Positions 1 through 14,079 are shown, numbered from the stretch's first letter. The stretch is DNA of 64,000 bases from Malacoraja senta (GCA_038087875.1 CM075992.1:5396001-5460000); one strand, 5' to 3'. Numbers and translations are program-made. Notes: generated by a model not told the origin, from the sequence alone.

Positions 1-3000
1 GGACGAATCTTCAGACAGAATAGCACAAGGTTGTGCCTGGCCTAAACAAACTCAACAATCAATGGCACAAATAAAGGATGGATATTTATGTCGAGCCCTT
101 CTGAACCTGAGGAAACAGGGAAAGAAAAGAGTCTCATTTGCAGTATTTCACTGATTGACTTTGTTCCACAAAACCTTTTCATGAGAAGATTAATCAGTCC
201 CAAATATTCCTCAGGCAATGATTGCAGGAATCTCCAAGTGTTGCATAATGCTTTTTGGTGGTTTGTAAATTGCACATAAAAACAGGTCCTAACTAAACCT
301 CATGGTTGTAAAAAGCCCACACAGTTTATATGTAAAGTTTGATTTACAGATTAACATGATAAAAATCATTTCTGAATCATAAGGCAGTTTTCTCAGTAGC
401 TAGACTGTAATGGTATTTTGAGAAATAGTAATTACTCTCATTGACATTACATTGCATTGTATCCTTTCAGTTATATAAAAAATAAAGCAAGATTTCTGTG
501 TTCAGCTTCGTGAGTCCTATCTGCCATTCAACCACAGTGCATTCTGTCTCTCACGACATCACCTTTCCCCTCAATCCCCTTGATTCACCAAGCATCAAAA
601 TATCTATCAGTCTCTGCCTCAACGCAATGGCCAAATCCATAGCCCTATGAGCAAGAGCATTCCAAAGACTTGCAACTCTCTGAATGAAGTAATTTCCTTT
701 CAAGCCAGTCATTAGTGGCCAACCTCTTATCTTTCAACTACACCGCCTGGTTTCTAGCCCAAAGAAACTCTGACAATCCCTCACGGGATCTTGAGTGTCA
801 TGATGAATGTTTCCAGATCCTTTCTCCGCAATCTCTTCCCATAGGACCACCCTCATGATAACCTTCTCATAATATTGCCAGAAAGAAAACAGAACAATTA
901 ACAACACTCAATGTTAGTACCTGTCATTGCACAATCTAATGACCAGAGGGATAATCTCCACTATTGCAGTCCCTACTTTGTAACCATTGAGTGATACACT
1001 GAACCCCATTCTCATTGTCAAACCGTGATATTTTCCAGGGTAACATATCAGAATGACCACTGTATAGAAACTGCACTGAGCAGTCAGTTACACCTCCATG
1101 ACAATATTACAATATTCCCACATTTAAATTACATTTGCTGCTTCACCTAAGAACTAATATCTTCATTTCATCTAGGCTCAATCGAGCACACACTGTATGT
1201 CTTGTTGACCAAAACACATATGTCTTGATGACCAATGCACTGTTGACAATTAAATTTCATTTTTCAAAATTAGTAGCAGGTGCACGCTAGCAGTGGCAAT
1301 CCTCTTGGGCAAAATTAGCTCTTATTTCCTGGTGTTAGAGTAGGTACAATAGCTAATGCCTTGGCATGTCTTGGCAAGGTGCCAAGTTAGTGAATGTTTC
1401 AGGTCACATTTTGTTAATGTCTAATCTTTACAATTACTTTAACCTTCAGAAACTTTAATTAATTAGGATTCACAATAGCTCTTTACACTCATTAGGGAAC
1501 AGTACAGCATAGGATCAGGCCCTTTGGCCCACAAAGTCCATGCTGAAGATGAAGCCAAGTTAAACAAATCTCCTCTGCATTATATCAGACATAGATCAGA
1601 GACATTTGACCAAAAGCAGCACATTATCGAACAGTACAGCAAGGAAAAGGCCCGTTGGCCCACAAAGTCCATGCCAAATATGATGCCAAGTTAAACTAAT
1701 CTGCTCTGTATTACGTAGGCCATAACTTGGTTCATAGACTATTGACCAAAAACATCAAAAAGATAGTGCAACGAGCAATAGAACATAATACAACTACTGA
1801 TACAATTTAATATTCATTTAAAGGCTGGATAGTTCGTTATTTATAAGTTACGTCATGTAAAATGTCAATGTTCACGTGGTTACGACAAATAATGCCCAAG
1901 GAATGTAACTCCGTTGAAAACTAGATTTGCCAACATATAATTCATCAAAGTGATTCAATAGTATAACTAACATAAACGCCCTTATTTAGCTTAATATCAC
2001 AAATAGTTTTCCTGCACAATAATTTGAGAATTAATGACTGCTGGATCAATAGTTGAGGAAAATATTGTGCTGAAACTTGGAACGATTACAAAGATATCAA
2101 AGCTGGACAGCATCAAAGAAACAAAATGGCGAGACTATATTTGAATTAGTTTTGAGGTTAGCTATTTATAGTGGGGCCAGTGCCTGTAGAATCATTCTCT
2201 AATCCAACATTGTTTCAACAAAAGTCTGGAGTTTGTACATTGCATCCAATCAGGCACTAGATAAACAAATGGAACAGAACAACTGTGGGAAAATATTTTA
2301 CATCCCTTCAGAGTTGATATGGCTGCCCTGAGAAGATCGACCGGGAATTCTCAATGTGGTTTTCCAGTTAGTCTGAAGTTCATTCCTAAAGCAGACTTCC
2401 TTGACATATGAGAATTCCAAGATCACGGGTGCTGTTAATGACTCAATTACATGTAAAATAAAATTATCAAATACCTGTTTACTTTATAGAGGCTCTGTAA
2501 CATTGTACAGAGAACGATTGGCAGCCACTGAACAAGCCAACATGTATAAATCATAGATTCCTTCTTCTATTTCTGTGGGAAATAACCATGTTAGAGATTA
2601 CAGATGCCACACAAGGGAATCTTGAGCAATTCCAGAAGTTGTATAGATTTTTTAAATGTATTTTTACTGGAGGCTATTCAGAATGAAATGTATACATTCT
2701 GTAGTGTTGCTTGACAATGGAACATCACGGACCACCTCTTGCACCATCATAGACTTGTTTCCAAATTGCGTATTTTTCCACCGTCTTCCACTGTCTCTTG
2801 GCGCAACCTTTTTGTCTTTTTGCAGAATTTATGTGTAATTTATGTATAATTTATGTTTTAGTGTGTTTGTCTGAGTCTATCTGCCTATGATGCTGCTGCC
2901 AGCAAGATTTTCATTGTACCGGTATCTCAACGTACTTATACATATGACAATAAACTAAGAAGGGTTTCGGCCCGAAACGTTGCCTATTTCCTTCGCTCCA

Positions 3001-5152
3001 TAGATGCTGCTGCACCCGCTGAGTTTCTCCAGCACTTTTGTCTACCTACTATAAACTAAACCCTGGTTTATAAGTTGCATTCTCAAGTTCAGGCAAACAT
3101 GAGCAGGGCCTTTATACTGAAATGTTTACAAGCGTATGCATACTAGCTTATCTGCAGCGCCATGCCTCAGGGACAATATTAACCTTCTTTCTCTGGAATA
3201 GATAGCTAGCACCTTGGGCTGGGCTTGCTCATAAATTATCCCAGGATTGAGCAGGTTGAGGAAAACTAAAGGAATGTCATCAGCGTAATTTCACATAAAG
3301 GAGATGACAATTTAAAAAAAATCTGATTGATATATAATTGTTTTATAATCTGATTTTACAACACACAAAAATGCTCAGTGAACAATAAATGAGTGAATCA
3401 TTCCGATAACGTCAATGAAATTTTATTGGCTTTCACAGGTCATCGTTGTCCTGTCTCTATTTCTGCCGTTCCCTTCATTGAGTCAGATGTTCCATTTGTA
3501 TCAGAGCTGACCATTTATGAATAGCTGCATGTTAAGGTTGATGACATGGTGAAAAGCAGTTTGAAAACCCACCAACAAAAACTTCTGAAGAAGGGTCTCG
3601 ACCCAAAACATCACCTATTCCTTCGCTCCATAGATGCTGCCTCACCCTCTGAGTTTCTCCAGCATTTTAGTCTACCTTCGATTTTTCCAGCATTTGCAGT
3701 TCCTTCTTAAACAAAAACTTCATAATGCCTTCTTTTCAGAAATAAATATTGAGGCCCTTCATGGCTGATCATTTACAATCAGTACCCCGTTCCTGATTTT
3801 TCGCCATATCCCTTGATTCTGTTAGCCCTCAGAGCTAAATCTAACCCTCTCATGAAAACATCTCTTGAGAAGGGTTGTGACTTTGATGGAAGTCCCCAAA
3901 GCTCATAAATGATGCTCTTGAGGGTGTGCCAAGGTAAACTGTAACGACTTTGTAAGAGTAGTAACATTTCAGGTAAATTCTGTACCATTGAAAGCAGCAA
4001 GATCTTGCGTATCAGGCAAGCGTTTACTGTTGGGTGTAAAAAACATTGATGTTAGTCTCCATGTTAGAGATTAAATGCACACATAACTTCCATAAAATGG
4101 GGTCGACCATGTTTCTCCTTTGTTACCTTGCAATTTACTGTGCATACTCACAACTCTGCATAGTGTTCTTTGAGAGAAAATGCATGGTGTTCTCAAACTG
4201 GATATAATAATATAACAAAACACTGCAGGGCAAAAGGCTTGAATGTGGAATATTGGTTTGTCTTAATTGTACACCTCGTCCAATCTTTCTATCTATTCAT
4301 TTCAATCAATTTCAAGAAAACTGTAGAACTTCAAAGTTGGCCGATTGCCAATTTGAGGAGGGAAAATAATCAAAAGTGGTGGCATCATTTTTTGCATGAA
4401 TGTCATGGCGGTGGGAGTGATCTCAGAAGGCAGCACTAGACTGGCGATTGCAAATCGGAAGCCCATTTTACACTCTGCATGATTAAATGCTCCATTTATC
4501 TTAATGAAAAATAACACAGGGGAGTGTAAATCGATCCTTTTGTGTGACCAGTCAAAGCCAAGTTCACCTCCAGTGATTCTGGAATCGGGACAGTTTCACA
4601 ATGCGAGTGAGATCATCATACCAAATCCCTATTAACTGAAGATTAACAAAAGCTTCCAGCCATGCACAAAATACAAACAAGGCTCTACGTTCCAAAGAAC
4701 CTGAAAATGTTATATTCACTGCCAACGCACTTGATATTCAGCATTAATTTTTTCTAATTCCATCTGGCGTCTCTTGAAATGGTGCCTTCTTACTCAGAAA
4801 CAGCAGTCCCTGCTTCATGTCCTTGAGAATGGTATTCATGTAAAGATAATAAACAAGATTAGCATATTTGACTGTGCAAATAATCCACATCAGCAGGTCA
4901 TTAGTGACTCAAGAGGGGAAACATTAGACGATTTTCCCTCTGCTCACATCGTGAAATAAAGGACAATGCAGATATTTTCATTCAGAACCTGTTGAATTCT
5001 TATTGTTACTGTGTCAGGGAACCTCAAACTTGTTTCAACATTGTTTTGCAAAAGACATTGCTAAAGATTTATTACATGCGCCAACAGATATATGTGCACA
5101 ATGACTGCACACATACTGGTAAGACTGACTTACAAATTGCACACACACACAT

Positions 5153-5603
5153 AGAAACATAGAAACGTAGAAAATAGGTGCAGGAGTAGGCCATTCGGCC
5201 CTTCGAGCCTGCACCGCCATTCAATATGATCATGGCTGATCATCCAACTCAGTATCCCGTACCTGCCTTCTCTCCATACCACCTGATCCCTTTAGCCACA
5301 AGGGCCACATCTAACTCCCTCTTAAATATAGCCAATGAACTGGCCTCAACTACTTTCTGTGGCAGAGAATTCCACAGATTCACCACTCTCTGTGTGAAAA
5401 ATGTTGTTCTCATCTCAGTCCTAAAAGACTTCCCCCTTATCCTTAAACTGTGACCCCTTGTTCTGGACTTCCCCAACATCGGGAACAATCTTCCTGCATC
5501 TAGCCTATCCAACCCCTTAAGAATTTTGTACGTTTCTATAAGATCCCCCCTCAATCTTCTAAATTCTAGCGAGTACAAGCCGAGTCTATCCAGTCTTTCT
5601 TCA
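5153..5603 (-). mobile_element. CR1/HER1 LINE 3' fragment
   Basis: Translation nearly identical to the C-terminus of the 22344-23458 copy, with a catagaaa tail. Confidence 0.93.
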
Positions 5604-5930
5604 TCTCTCTTTCTCTCTCACTCTCATATGTGGTGACAGTCAAACACAGCAACAATCCTTCCCTCGCACACATGCACAGATGCAATCTGAAGAAGGGTTC
5701 CGACCGGAAACATCGCCTATCCATTCCCTCCCCTGATGCTGCCGGATTCCCAAAGATCTTCCAGCACTTTAATTTTAGCTCAAGATTCCAGCATCTGCAG
5801 CTTCTAATGTCTATAAACACCTCCATCTGTTTTCTTATTTTTAAGCAGTCCCTCAGGATAAGAATTTCATTGTTCAGTTTTGGTACGTATGATAATTAAA
5901 CACTCTTTATCAAGGATAAGTTAGTTACTC

Positions 5931-6250
5931 GGCCTCCTCCACGGCCAGAGTGAGGACCACCGTAAATTGGAGGAGCAGCACCTCATATTTCGCTTGGGCA
6001 GTTTGCACCCCAGCGGTATGAACATTGACTTCTCTAATTTCAGGTAGTCCTTACTTTCTCCTCCCCTTCTCAGCTCTCCCTCAGCCCACTGGCTCCTCCT
6101 CTTCCTTTCTTCTTTCCCCCCCCCCCTCCCCCTCCCCCCCACCCTCACATCAGTCTGAAGTAGGGTTTCGGCCCGAAACGTTGCCTATTTCCTTTGCTCC
6201 ATAGATGCTGCCTCACCCGCTGAGTTTCTCCAGCATATTTGTCTACCTAA
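5931..6250 (+). mobile_element. Penelope-like element 3' end (GIY-YIG C-terminus plus pLTR)
   Basis: The + frame reads GLLHGQSEDHRKLEEQHLIFRLGSLHPSGMNIDFSNFR*, then a pyrimidine tract and the ctgaag...gggtttcggcccgaaacg pLTR. Confidence 0.85.
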
Positions 6251-7044
6251 GTTACTTTGATGCTGGTTTGGGGGATTCTGGGGCCAATGTGGAAATCGCA
6301 GATGCTTCCACAACCGGGGTAGGAGGAGGTGACATAGTGGGTATGTGGGTAGCTTGTGAAGTGGTCTACTCCTTCTGCCATTTACGCAGAGCTTGTGTGA
6401 GCTCCTGATGCGTGGCCTCAATATTCCCAACAGAATGCTCCTTCTACACTTTCAGTCGTCATGTGCCAGAGATTTCCAGGAGACAATAGCGATGCTACAA
6501 ACCTAGCAGGAGGCATGAGAAAATCCTTGAATCTTTCCCTCTGTCAACCTGTAATCATGTATTGTCTTTCCACTGAACGGTTAGCACTCAACAAAAGCTT
6601 TTCACCGTACCTCGGTACATGTGACAATAAAATACATTAAATTAAACCTCTTCCCAGGACAGAGTTTACACACATGTATTCAAACAAATTGGTGCATACA
6701 TTACACACACACATAAATGAACAACGATGCACATATTCATACACACAAATAGACTACATACACACTGGCAGAGTCACATACAGACACATACATAATCGAA
6801 GATAGACACAAATTGCTGGAGCAACTCAGCAGGACAGGCAGCGTCTCTGGAGAGAAGGAATGGGTGACGTTTTGGGTCTGAAGAAGAGTCATGGCTCAAA
6901 ACGTCACCCATTCCTTCTCTCCAGAGATGCTGCCTGTCCCGCTGAGTTACTCCAGCATTTTGTGTCCATCTTTAATTTAAACCAGCGTCTGTAGTTCTTT
7001 CCGACACATACATAATGACAGGTACACATGCACCAACACACACA

Positions 7045-7651
7045 ATCAATCAATCAATCAATCAAAACTTTATTGTCATTCAGAAATACACCAACAAATG
7101 CAAGTCTGAACGAAATTTCGTTGCATCTGGCTCACCGTGCAACATAAAATAACAAAAGGATGAAATGGATAAAAAGATAAAATGGATAATAGTGGCGGCA
7201 CATGACATGGCATTCAAGAGTCTGATGGCTCGGGGGAAGAAGCTGTTGCAAAACCTGGCCGTTCTGCTCCTTATACTATGATATCTTTTGCCCGAGGGCA
7301 GCAGAGTGAACAGTCCATGATGGAGATGTGTGGGGTCCTTTATAATACTGTTGGCCTTAGACAAGCAACGTTTGCACGCAATGTCCCCGATTGAAGGAAG
7401 AGAAGTCCCAATGATTTTTTCAGCCGTCCTCACCACTCTCTGCACGGACTTCCAGTCGGAGGCTTTACAGTCCCCAAACCAGACAGAGATGCAGCTGGAC
7501 AACATGCTCTCTACGGTGCCCCTGTAGAAAGTGGTGAGGACGGGATGGGGGAGGTGAGCTCTTCTCATCTGGTGCAGAAAGTGCAACTGCTGCTGCGCTC
7601 TCTTAACTAATGATGTGATGTTTTGTGACCAGGTCAGACTGTTCGTGATCT
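7045..7651 (-). mobile_element. Rex1/Babar-like LINE 3' fragment
   Basis: ORF 7080-7586 has FYRGTVES...LPSGKRY...NSFFPRAIRLLN and is followed by a (attg)n tail. Confidence 0.88.
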
Positions 7652-9166
7652 GAATATATTCATATACGTCATATATTCAGAAGATGCTGGCAAGACTCAA
7701 CAGCATCTGTGGAAAGAGAAACAGAGACGCAACGTTCAGTTTTCCAGTCTTGGATATTCTTTTGATCTTCCTAAATAAAATAAATCTAGACCGCAGCCAC
7801 AAGACTAGTTTTGCATCGAGTACTGAAGAGGTTAACATATTGTTAGCATACAGCACTGATTATGTTGAGGTATTCATGCATTACAATTCACCAAAGGGCA
7901 AAAGACAACTGGCATGCTATGGGAAAGCATGGAACATTAATCACTAACATAGCTGTTTTTTTCAGGAGCCCGAGGCTGCATGCCAACAAATGTTGGCGGG
8001 AAATTAAGCAAGATTGACAAGCAGTTCAGGCAATGCATACGAGCAACAAGAAAGGGATTTCACACATTGCAGCCCGATTCTACTGGTAAACCTCAGCAGT
8101 GCTTTGCCAAGAAATGCCATACCGATGTCACTGTTATGCTAACAAGCACTGAGAGATTGATGAGGCTAAGGATGTTTGCAATCTAACGTCTTCTGAATTT
8201 TGGTCTATCACATAAAAATGTGCTTATCAACATATTTATCAAGATTTTTGATGCTATTTTTAATACATGTGAGGAGAACCTTTCTTTTTAATATGGAAAA
8301 TAGATATGATGTTGAGTTCACTTTTTATAAGGATTGGACGACGACAGAAGCCAACAGCGAGCAACATCGTCTAACACACGAGCGAACGAAGGATGCTGAA
8401 AACAAAGTCAACCAGTATATTCAAAAGGGAACTGGAGTGGGACTTTAGGGCATTGAATTTACAGGGTTAAGGGGAAAGAGCAGGGTAATGGGGCTGAGGG
8501 GATTTTGTCTACCAAAAACTGATTAGGCTGGATGGACAAATAGTCTTCTTTGATGAAACAAATTGATGATCCTATACATCTGAAGTGACCTGGAATTTCT
8601 TGACTATCAATTATCTTCCATGTCAGTAATGGGATTTAGTTTCGTTTAGTTTAGAGTCCCTTCGGCCCACCGAGTCCGTGCCGACCAGTGATTCCCGCAA
8701 TCAAAAACGTTATCCTACACACACTAAGGACAATTTACAATTATACCATGCCAATTAACCTACAATCCTGTACGTCTTTGGAGTGTGGGAGGAAACCGGA
8801 GAAAACCCATGCAGGTCATGGGAAGAACGCGCAAACTCCACACAGACAAGCACCCGTAGTCAGGATTGAACCCGGGTCTTTATACCATCCCTAACACTCC
8901 TTATTCACTTTGAGCCGTCCGCGCCGACCAGCGATCTCCGCACACTCACTCTATCCTACACACACTAGGGACAATTTACAATTTTACCAAACTCAATTGA
9001 CCAAAGGCTATACTGTTGCATTGAGAGTCAGGGTGATTTTCATCACAGATATGCCTTTGCCAAAAGGTGGCTTCCAAGTAAATGGGAAGTTATCCATGTT
9101 TCCAGGTTCTCACCAAGTATTAGTGCGGCAAGGCAGGGACAAGTTGGGAAAGGATGCATTATTGGT

Positions 9167-9466
9167 TAGTTTAGTTTCATGATACAGCGCGGAAACAGGC
9201 CCTTCGGCTCACCAAGTCTGCGCCAACCAGCGATCCCCGCACACTAACACTGCCCTACGCACATTAGGGACAATTTTACATTTATACCGAGCCAATTAAA
9301 CTACAAAACTGTACATCTTTGGAGTGTGGGAGGAAACCAGAGCACCCGGATATAACCCACACCATCACAAGGAGAACGTACAAACTCCATACATTCGTAG
9401 TCAGGATCGAACCCAGGTCTCTGTCGATGTAAGGCAGAAACTCGACCTCTGCTCGACAATGCCGCC
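9167..9466 (-). mobile_element. HE1/V-SINE
   Basis: Reverse complement of the 35154 element. Further partial copies lie at 8636-9000. Confidence 0.8.
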
Positions 9467-10255
9467 TGTCATGTCATTGTTGAGTGTGAGACCTTCTGTG
9501 AACGGTTTGACAATGGCTTGGAGCTCGGTCACGGAGCACAGGCAAACACAAGCCTCATCTGCTCCACTACTGAACTTCAGTCGACCTTGATTCTAGATTG
9601 TAAATGTCATAGTTTGAACAACTTTCTAATAGTGCTGGAAAATAGTCCTGACAAGTTTCTTGGCGGTTAAACATTGCAACAGGAAAGATGTTGGGCTCAA
9701 TGGCAATGACAGTACAAGATTACCATGCCAAAAAAGAGTGAGATCCAATAAATTTTGAAGAATGTAGTTGTTTGGCGGACAGGGTAGGCAAATCTAACAC
9801 AATTAATTTCATACCCGAACAGTATTTCTTTTCTATTCCCCATCGTCACTTGTTGACACCTCTGGGATATGGACTACTTTCCCCAGTCGTTGTAAATCAT
9901 GGGAACTGATTTTGCCGAGAATAATTTGTCTGGCTCTCGTTTTCCAGTACATTAAGAATTGTTGATTTGGCAGTATTAGTACTTGAGTAACATGTGGTAC
10001 ACAAACAACAAAAGGAAACCGGAGAATTATTTCAAAAATAAACTTTTCATGTTCTATATATAAATATTCACAATCCCTCTAATGCCCAGTTAAATTCTTT
10101 TTTTAAATAACTCACATTTCTAATTCTAACCACATACTTTTATGAGGTAATGCACTAATTATTAATAAAGAAAAATTGAGAAACTTCAGGGAATATTTGG
10201 AGGGTACTTCACGCTTTTTACTTAGATGGAATCTGTTGGCATCATGATGCCTTAA

Positions 10256-10613
10256 AGCCCCTGTCCCACTGTACGAGGTAATTCAAGAGTTCTCCCGAGT
10301 TTTCCCCTGATTCGAACTTGGAGAATGTCCGTAGCGAGTCCGTAGGAATTTGTGGATGTCTCGCAGCGGCTCGTACGAGTAAAAAGTAACCATTTTTTTC
10401 ATAACGAGTATTTTTTTTACTCGTAGACATTTTTCACAGTGTTGAAAAAACGTCACGAGTTTACCGGATTTCCCAAGTAGCTACCGTTACTCGTACGAGC
10501 CGTTACGAGACATCCACAAACTCCTATGGAACCGCTACGGACATTCTCCGAGTTCGAATCAGGGGAAAACTCGGGAGAACTCTTGAAATACCTCGTACAG
10601 TGGGACAGGCCCT
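10256..10613. mobile_element. PIF/Harbinger-type MITE
   Basis: Long TIRs (cctgtcccactgtacgagg...cctcgtacagtgggacaggccct) flanked by TAA/TAA. Confidence 0.88.
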
Positions 10614-13488
10614 TAACTCTTAATATTTCACACAAGCTTTCCTCTTTGCTCTGCACCTCAACTAAACCTGTGGATAGATAGTTCGTTCATTCACTGGAAA
10701 ATCAAATGGTTCAACACCATGAAAAAAATGACTGCAAGAAGCACCATTTGTGGGTCCAAGCTAGCTTTCATCCACACTCGACGTATAGGCAAATAAACTT
10801 ATTCAATGAAAGAGTTTGAAAGAAGGAAACCAGCCACACCTAGATTTTGCATCCTGGGACTTGAAGCCAGCACGTTTGCTGCCACTAAATAACAGCCCAT
10901 ACTCGTATTTTTGCGGCTGACTTACAGAGGAACACACGGGTAGAGAGAGGACAGGATCAGCCCAGTTGGCTCATCCAGCCATCCCCTCGAGACGTGATGC
11001 ATCAACAATCTCATCCCAGTCAAATCTAAAGATGGGAAGATCCTCTCTGACCCCATAAAATCTACTAAATAATTTCCATGAGTATTTGCCAAAGTCCAAA
11101 CAATCTTCTTTAAAATAAGCTACTTTCTATTTTCAGGAGCATACCCAGTTCAATTGCTTTATATAGTAATAATCTGACACTTTACAAAAACCCCAGCCCT
11201 ATGTATGATTCCACCTATCACTCTAACCCCCAATTGTTGATATTGTATATAGCTCGAACAACTGACATAGTCCATGCAGAATTATTTTTCTTCACTGTTT
11301 TAAGTCCACAATCATCCTCCTCAAAGACGATAGGCTATTTTAACTTCCAGAAGTGTCATTATAAAGTAATATATGTGTCGGAAGGAACTGCAGATGCTGG
11401 TTTAAACCGAAGATAGACACAAAAAGCTGGAGTAACTCCGCGGGTCTGGCAGCATCTCTGGAGAAAAGGAATAGGTGACGTTTTGGGTTGAGACCCGAAA
11501 CGTCACCTATTTCTTTTCCCCAGACATGCTGCCTGACACGCTGAATTACTCCAGTGTTTTGTGCCTATTTTGAAGTATTCTTGGTTTTATATTGTAACTC
11601 TCCCAGCTATAGGTCCAAATACCCTATTCATCTTTTATATAATATGTTTGGAACATAATTTCATCAGTTAAGGTATACAGTTACATCTGGTCCACTCAGT
11701 ATTGAGGATTAACTCTGCATGCCATACCCATATCAGAATTACCATGATCCCAGGTCAATTATACTGCACATTGAAACTGTGTGGCATCAACCAGCCTGTA
11801 AGCATACATTTTGTCCAAAATCCACAGACATCTGGAATCTTTGGTGGAGGTTAAATCATTTTAAGTAGAAATAGATAAATATTTGAAAGTTTGAGGATCT
11901 GAGGGTTATGGGGAACTGGCACAGGAGAGGAGTCAAGACCAGCATAGATCAGCCACGATCATACTAAATGGCAGGGCAGGGTTGAGATGCCTGGTGGCCT
12001 ACTCCTGCTCCAAAGAAGGGTCCCATCTGAAACATCATCTATCGATGATCATCAGAGATGCTGCCTGACCAGATGAGTTACTCCAGGGCTTTGTGTCTTT
12101 TTTAAAAATAAACCAGCATCTGCAGTTCTTTGTTTCTATAATCTCCTGCTCCTATGTTCTTGTGTGAGAAGCAACAGCAGATTGTCCTGTGGAGGTTGCC
12201 ATTTCATCCCAAGGATGGACAGTAATACCGCAGTTTGGTTGGAGCGAGGGCTTAGATTTACTGAGCTCAAGCAGGCTCTAGATGGGAGTTTCATTCAAGA
12301 ACATGGAACAGTACAGCACAGGAACAGACCTTTCAGACCACCATGTCTACCAGGTTAAACTAATCTCCTTTGCCTGCAAATGATCCACATTCCTCCATTC
12401 TCTATATATTCATGTGCCTATCTAAAAGGCTCTTAAATGATAATATCTTCTGCAGATTATGTATACCAGCACAATGACCTGCTTCTGGGCTACAATGTCG
12501 AACCAGTTGGAGATTTTATTGACGCTTTGCAGGGTCAGACAATGTCAACATGGCAGCTTTCCCTCTCTGGCAAGCACGTGAGAGAGTCCCAGTGTCAAGA
12601 TCTTCAAGCCTGCATGGCCTTTATGAATGAAATACTTGTGAGCACTCTGAGCTGATCCGTGGATTCGTGGAAGGAAACGGTCAACTGATGCTAAACTGGC
12701 AGGCCCAAAGTTGGAAGGATAGGTTTGAGGAGTTTTTATCCAGCCAAAATACAAGTAGAATCATACTCAATCTGTAAGGTCTTGGTGCTTTATAGGATTG
12801 AAGTCTGTATGGTTTTAATTGTAGAACAATGATAGATCAAAGAAATTGTGTGTATTTGATTGTCAATACAGTGCCGGTTCCCAGCCTTTCTGACAAAGGG
12901 ATTCTTGTTTCCTTAACCTTTTCACCCCATTTTATGATTATTTAAGGACTTAATGTGCTGAGATAAATGAACAGAGCTAAATTATGACAGAATTATAACA
13001 TTTAAAATAAGACAGCTGCCTAGATGGAATTACAAACAAAAGAATGCTTATTTGTAGCATGTAGAAATGAGAATTATATGAAGCATTGCCATCCAGGCCC
13101 ATTATGCTAATTTATGTGAGGGGCTTATTTACAGCAATGCATTCATTCATCTGTGACCATATAACAGATGTTCTTATGTTCAAAAGCTAAATTGTACAGT
13201 TATGTTCAGCACTTTGTCTTCCTGTACATGGTTCTTATTAGACAGTACGCCTAAGGTTCAGCAGAGGTTCTCCAAAGAACTTGGTCTTAGACATTGATTT
13301 TAAAGTGCATCAGATGTACGTTACACCCAACTGGCCATTGCTCATATGGCCAGCATACATATCCCACCCCACTCAGGCACAAACAATATGTGCTTTCCAT
13401 ACTTCACCAAGTACAACATACTGTAGGTGGACACAAAAATGCTGGAGTAGCTCAGCGGGTCAGGCATCATCGCCGGAGAAAATGAATA

Positions 13489-13521
13489 GGTGACGTTTCG
13501 GGTCGAGACCCTTCTTCAGAC
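13489..13521 (-). ncRNA. Minimal type I hammerhead ribozyme motif in Penelope pLTR
   Basis: Minus strand gt-CTGAAGA-a-GGGTCtcGACCC-GAAAC-GTC-ac gives the CUGANGA box, stem II, GAAA box, palindromic ACGT stem III and a GUC cleavage triplet. Activity is not shown. Confidence 0.65.
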
Positions 13522-14079
13522 TGAGAGTAAGGGCGAGGGAAACTAGAGCTATGAAAAGGTACAAAAAACAAATGAATGAAAGGTATGATAAGAGCAAATA
13601 AAAGCCAGCAATGTTGATCAAGGAAAGGTGGAGCCCACAATGGTCCATTGTTGGCTGTGGAAAAGGTGATAACAAGTGGATGCAAAGAGTGAAACTAAGC
13701 AGGACGACAGTGAGACTAGTAGTGTCTACCTTAGGTTGCATCACAGCTTGGTTGGGCAACATCTCTGCGTAAGACCACAAGAAATTGCAGAGAGTTGTGG
13801 ATGTAGCCCAGTCCATCACACAGACCAGATTCCCCACGTTAACTCCATCTACACTTCAAGTTGCCTTGAGAAAGCAGGTAACATAATCAAGGATTTTTTA
13901 AACACTGGTCATTCCCTCATCTCCTCGTTGCCATCAGGCAGAAGCTATTCTCTGTACATGTAACAATAATAAACCAATACCACCCAATGGGAGGGGTAAG
14001 GTAACCTTCCAATATCTTAAGCCTTGAGCATGAACAACCTCTTTAGTGCCAAGGTATATAGTGGGATATAGATCAACTA

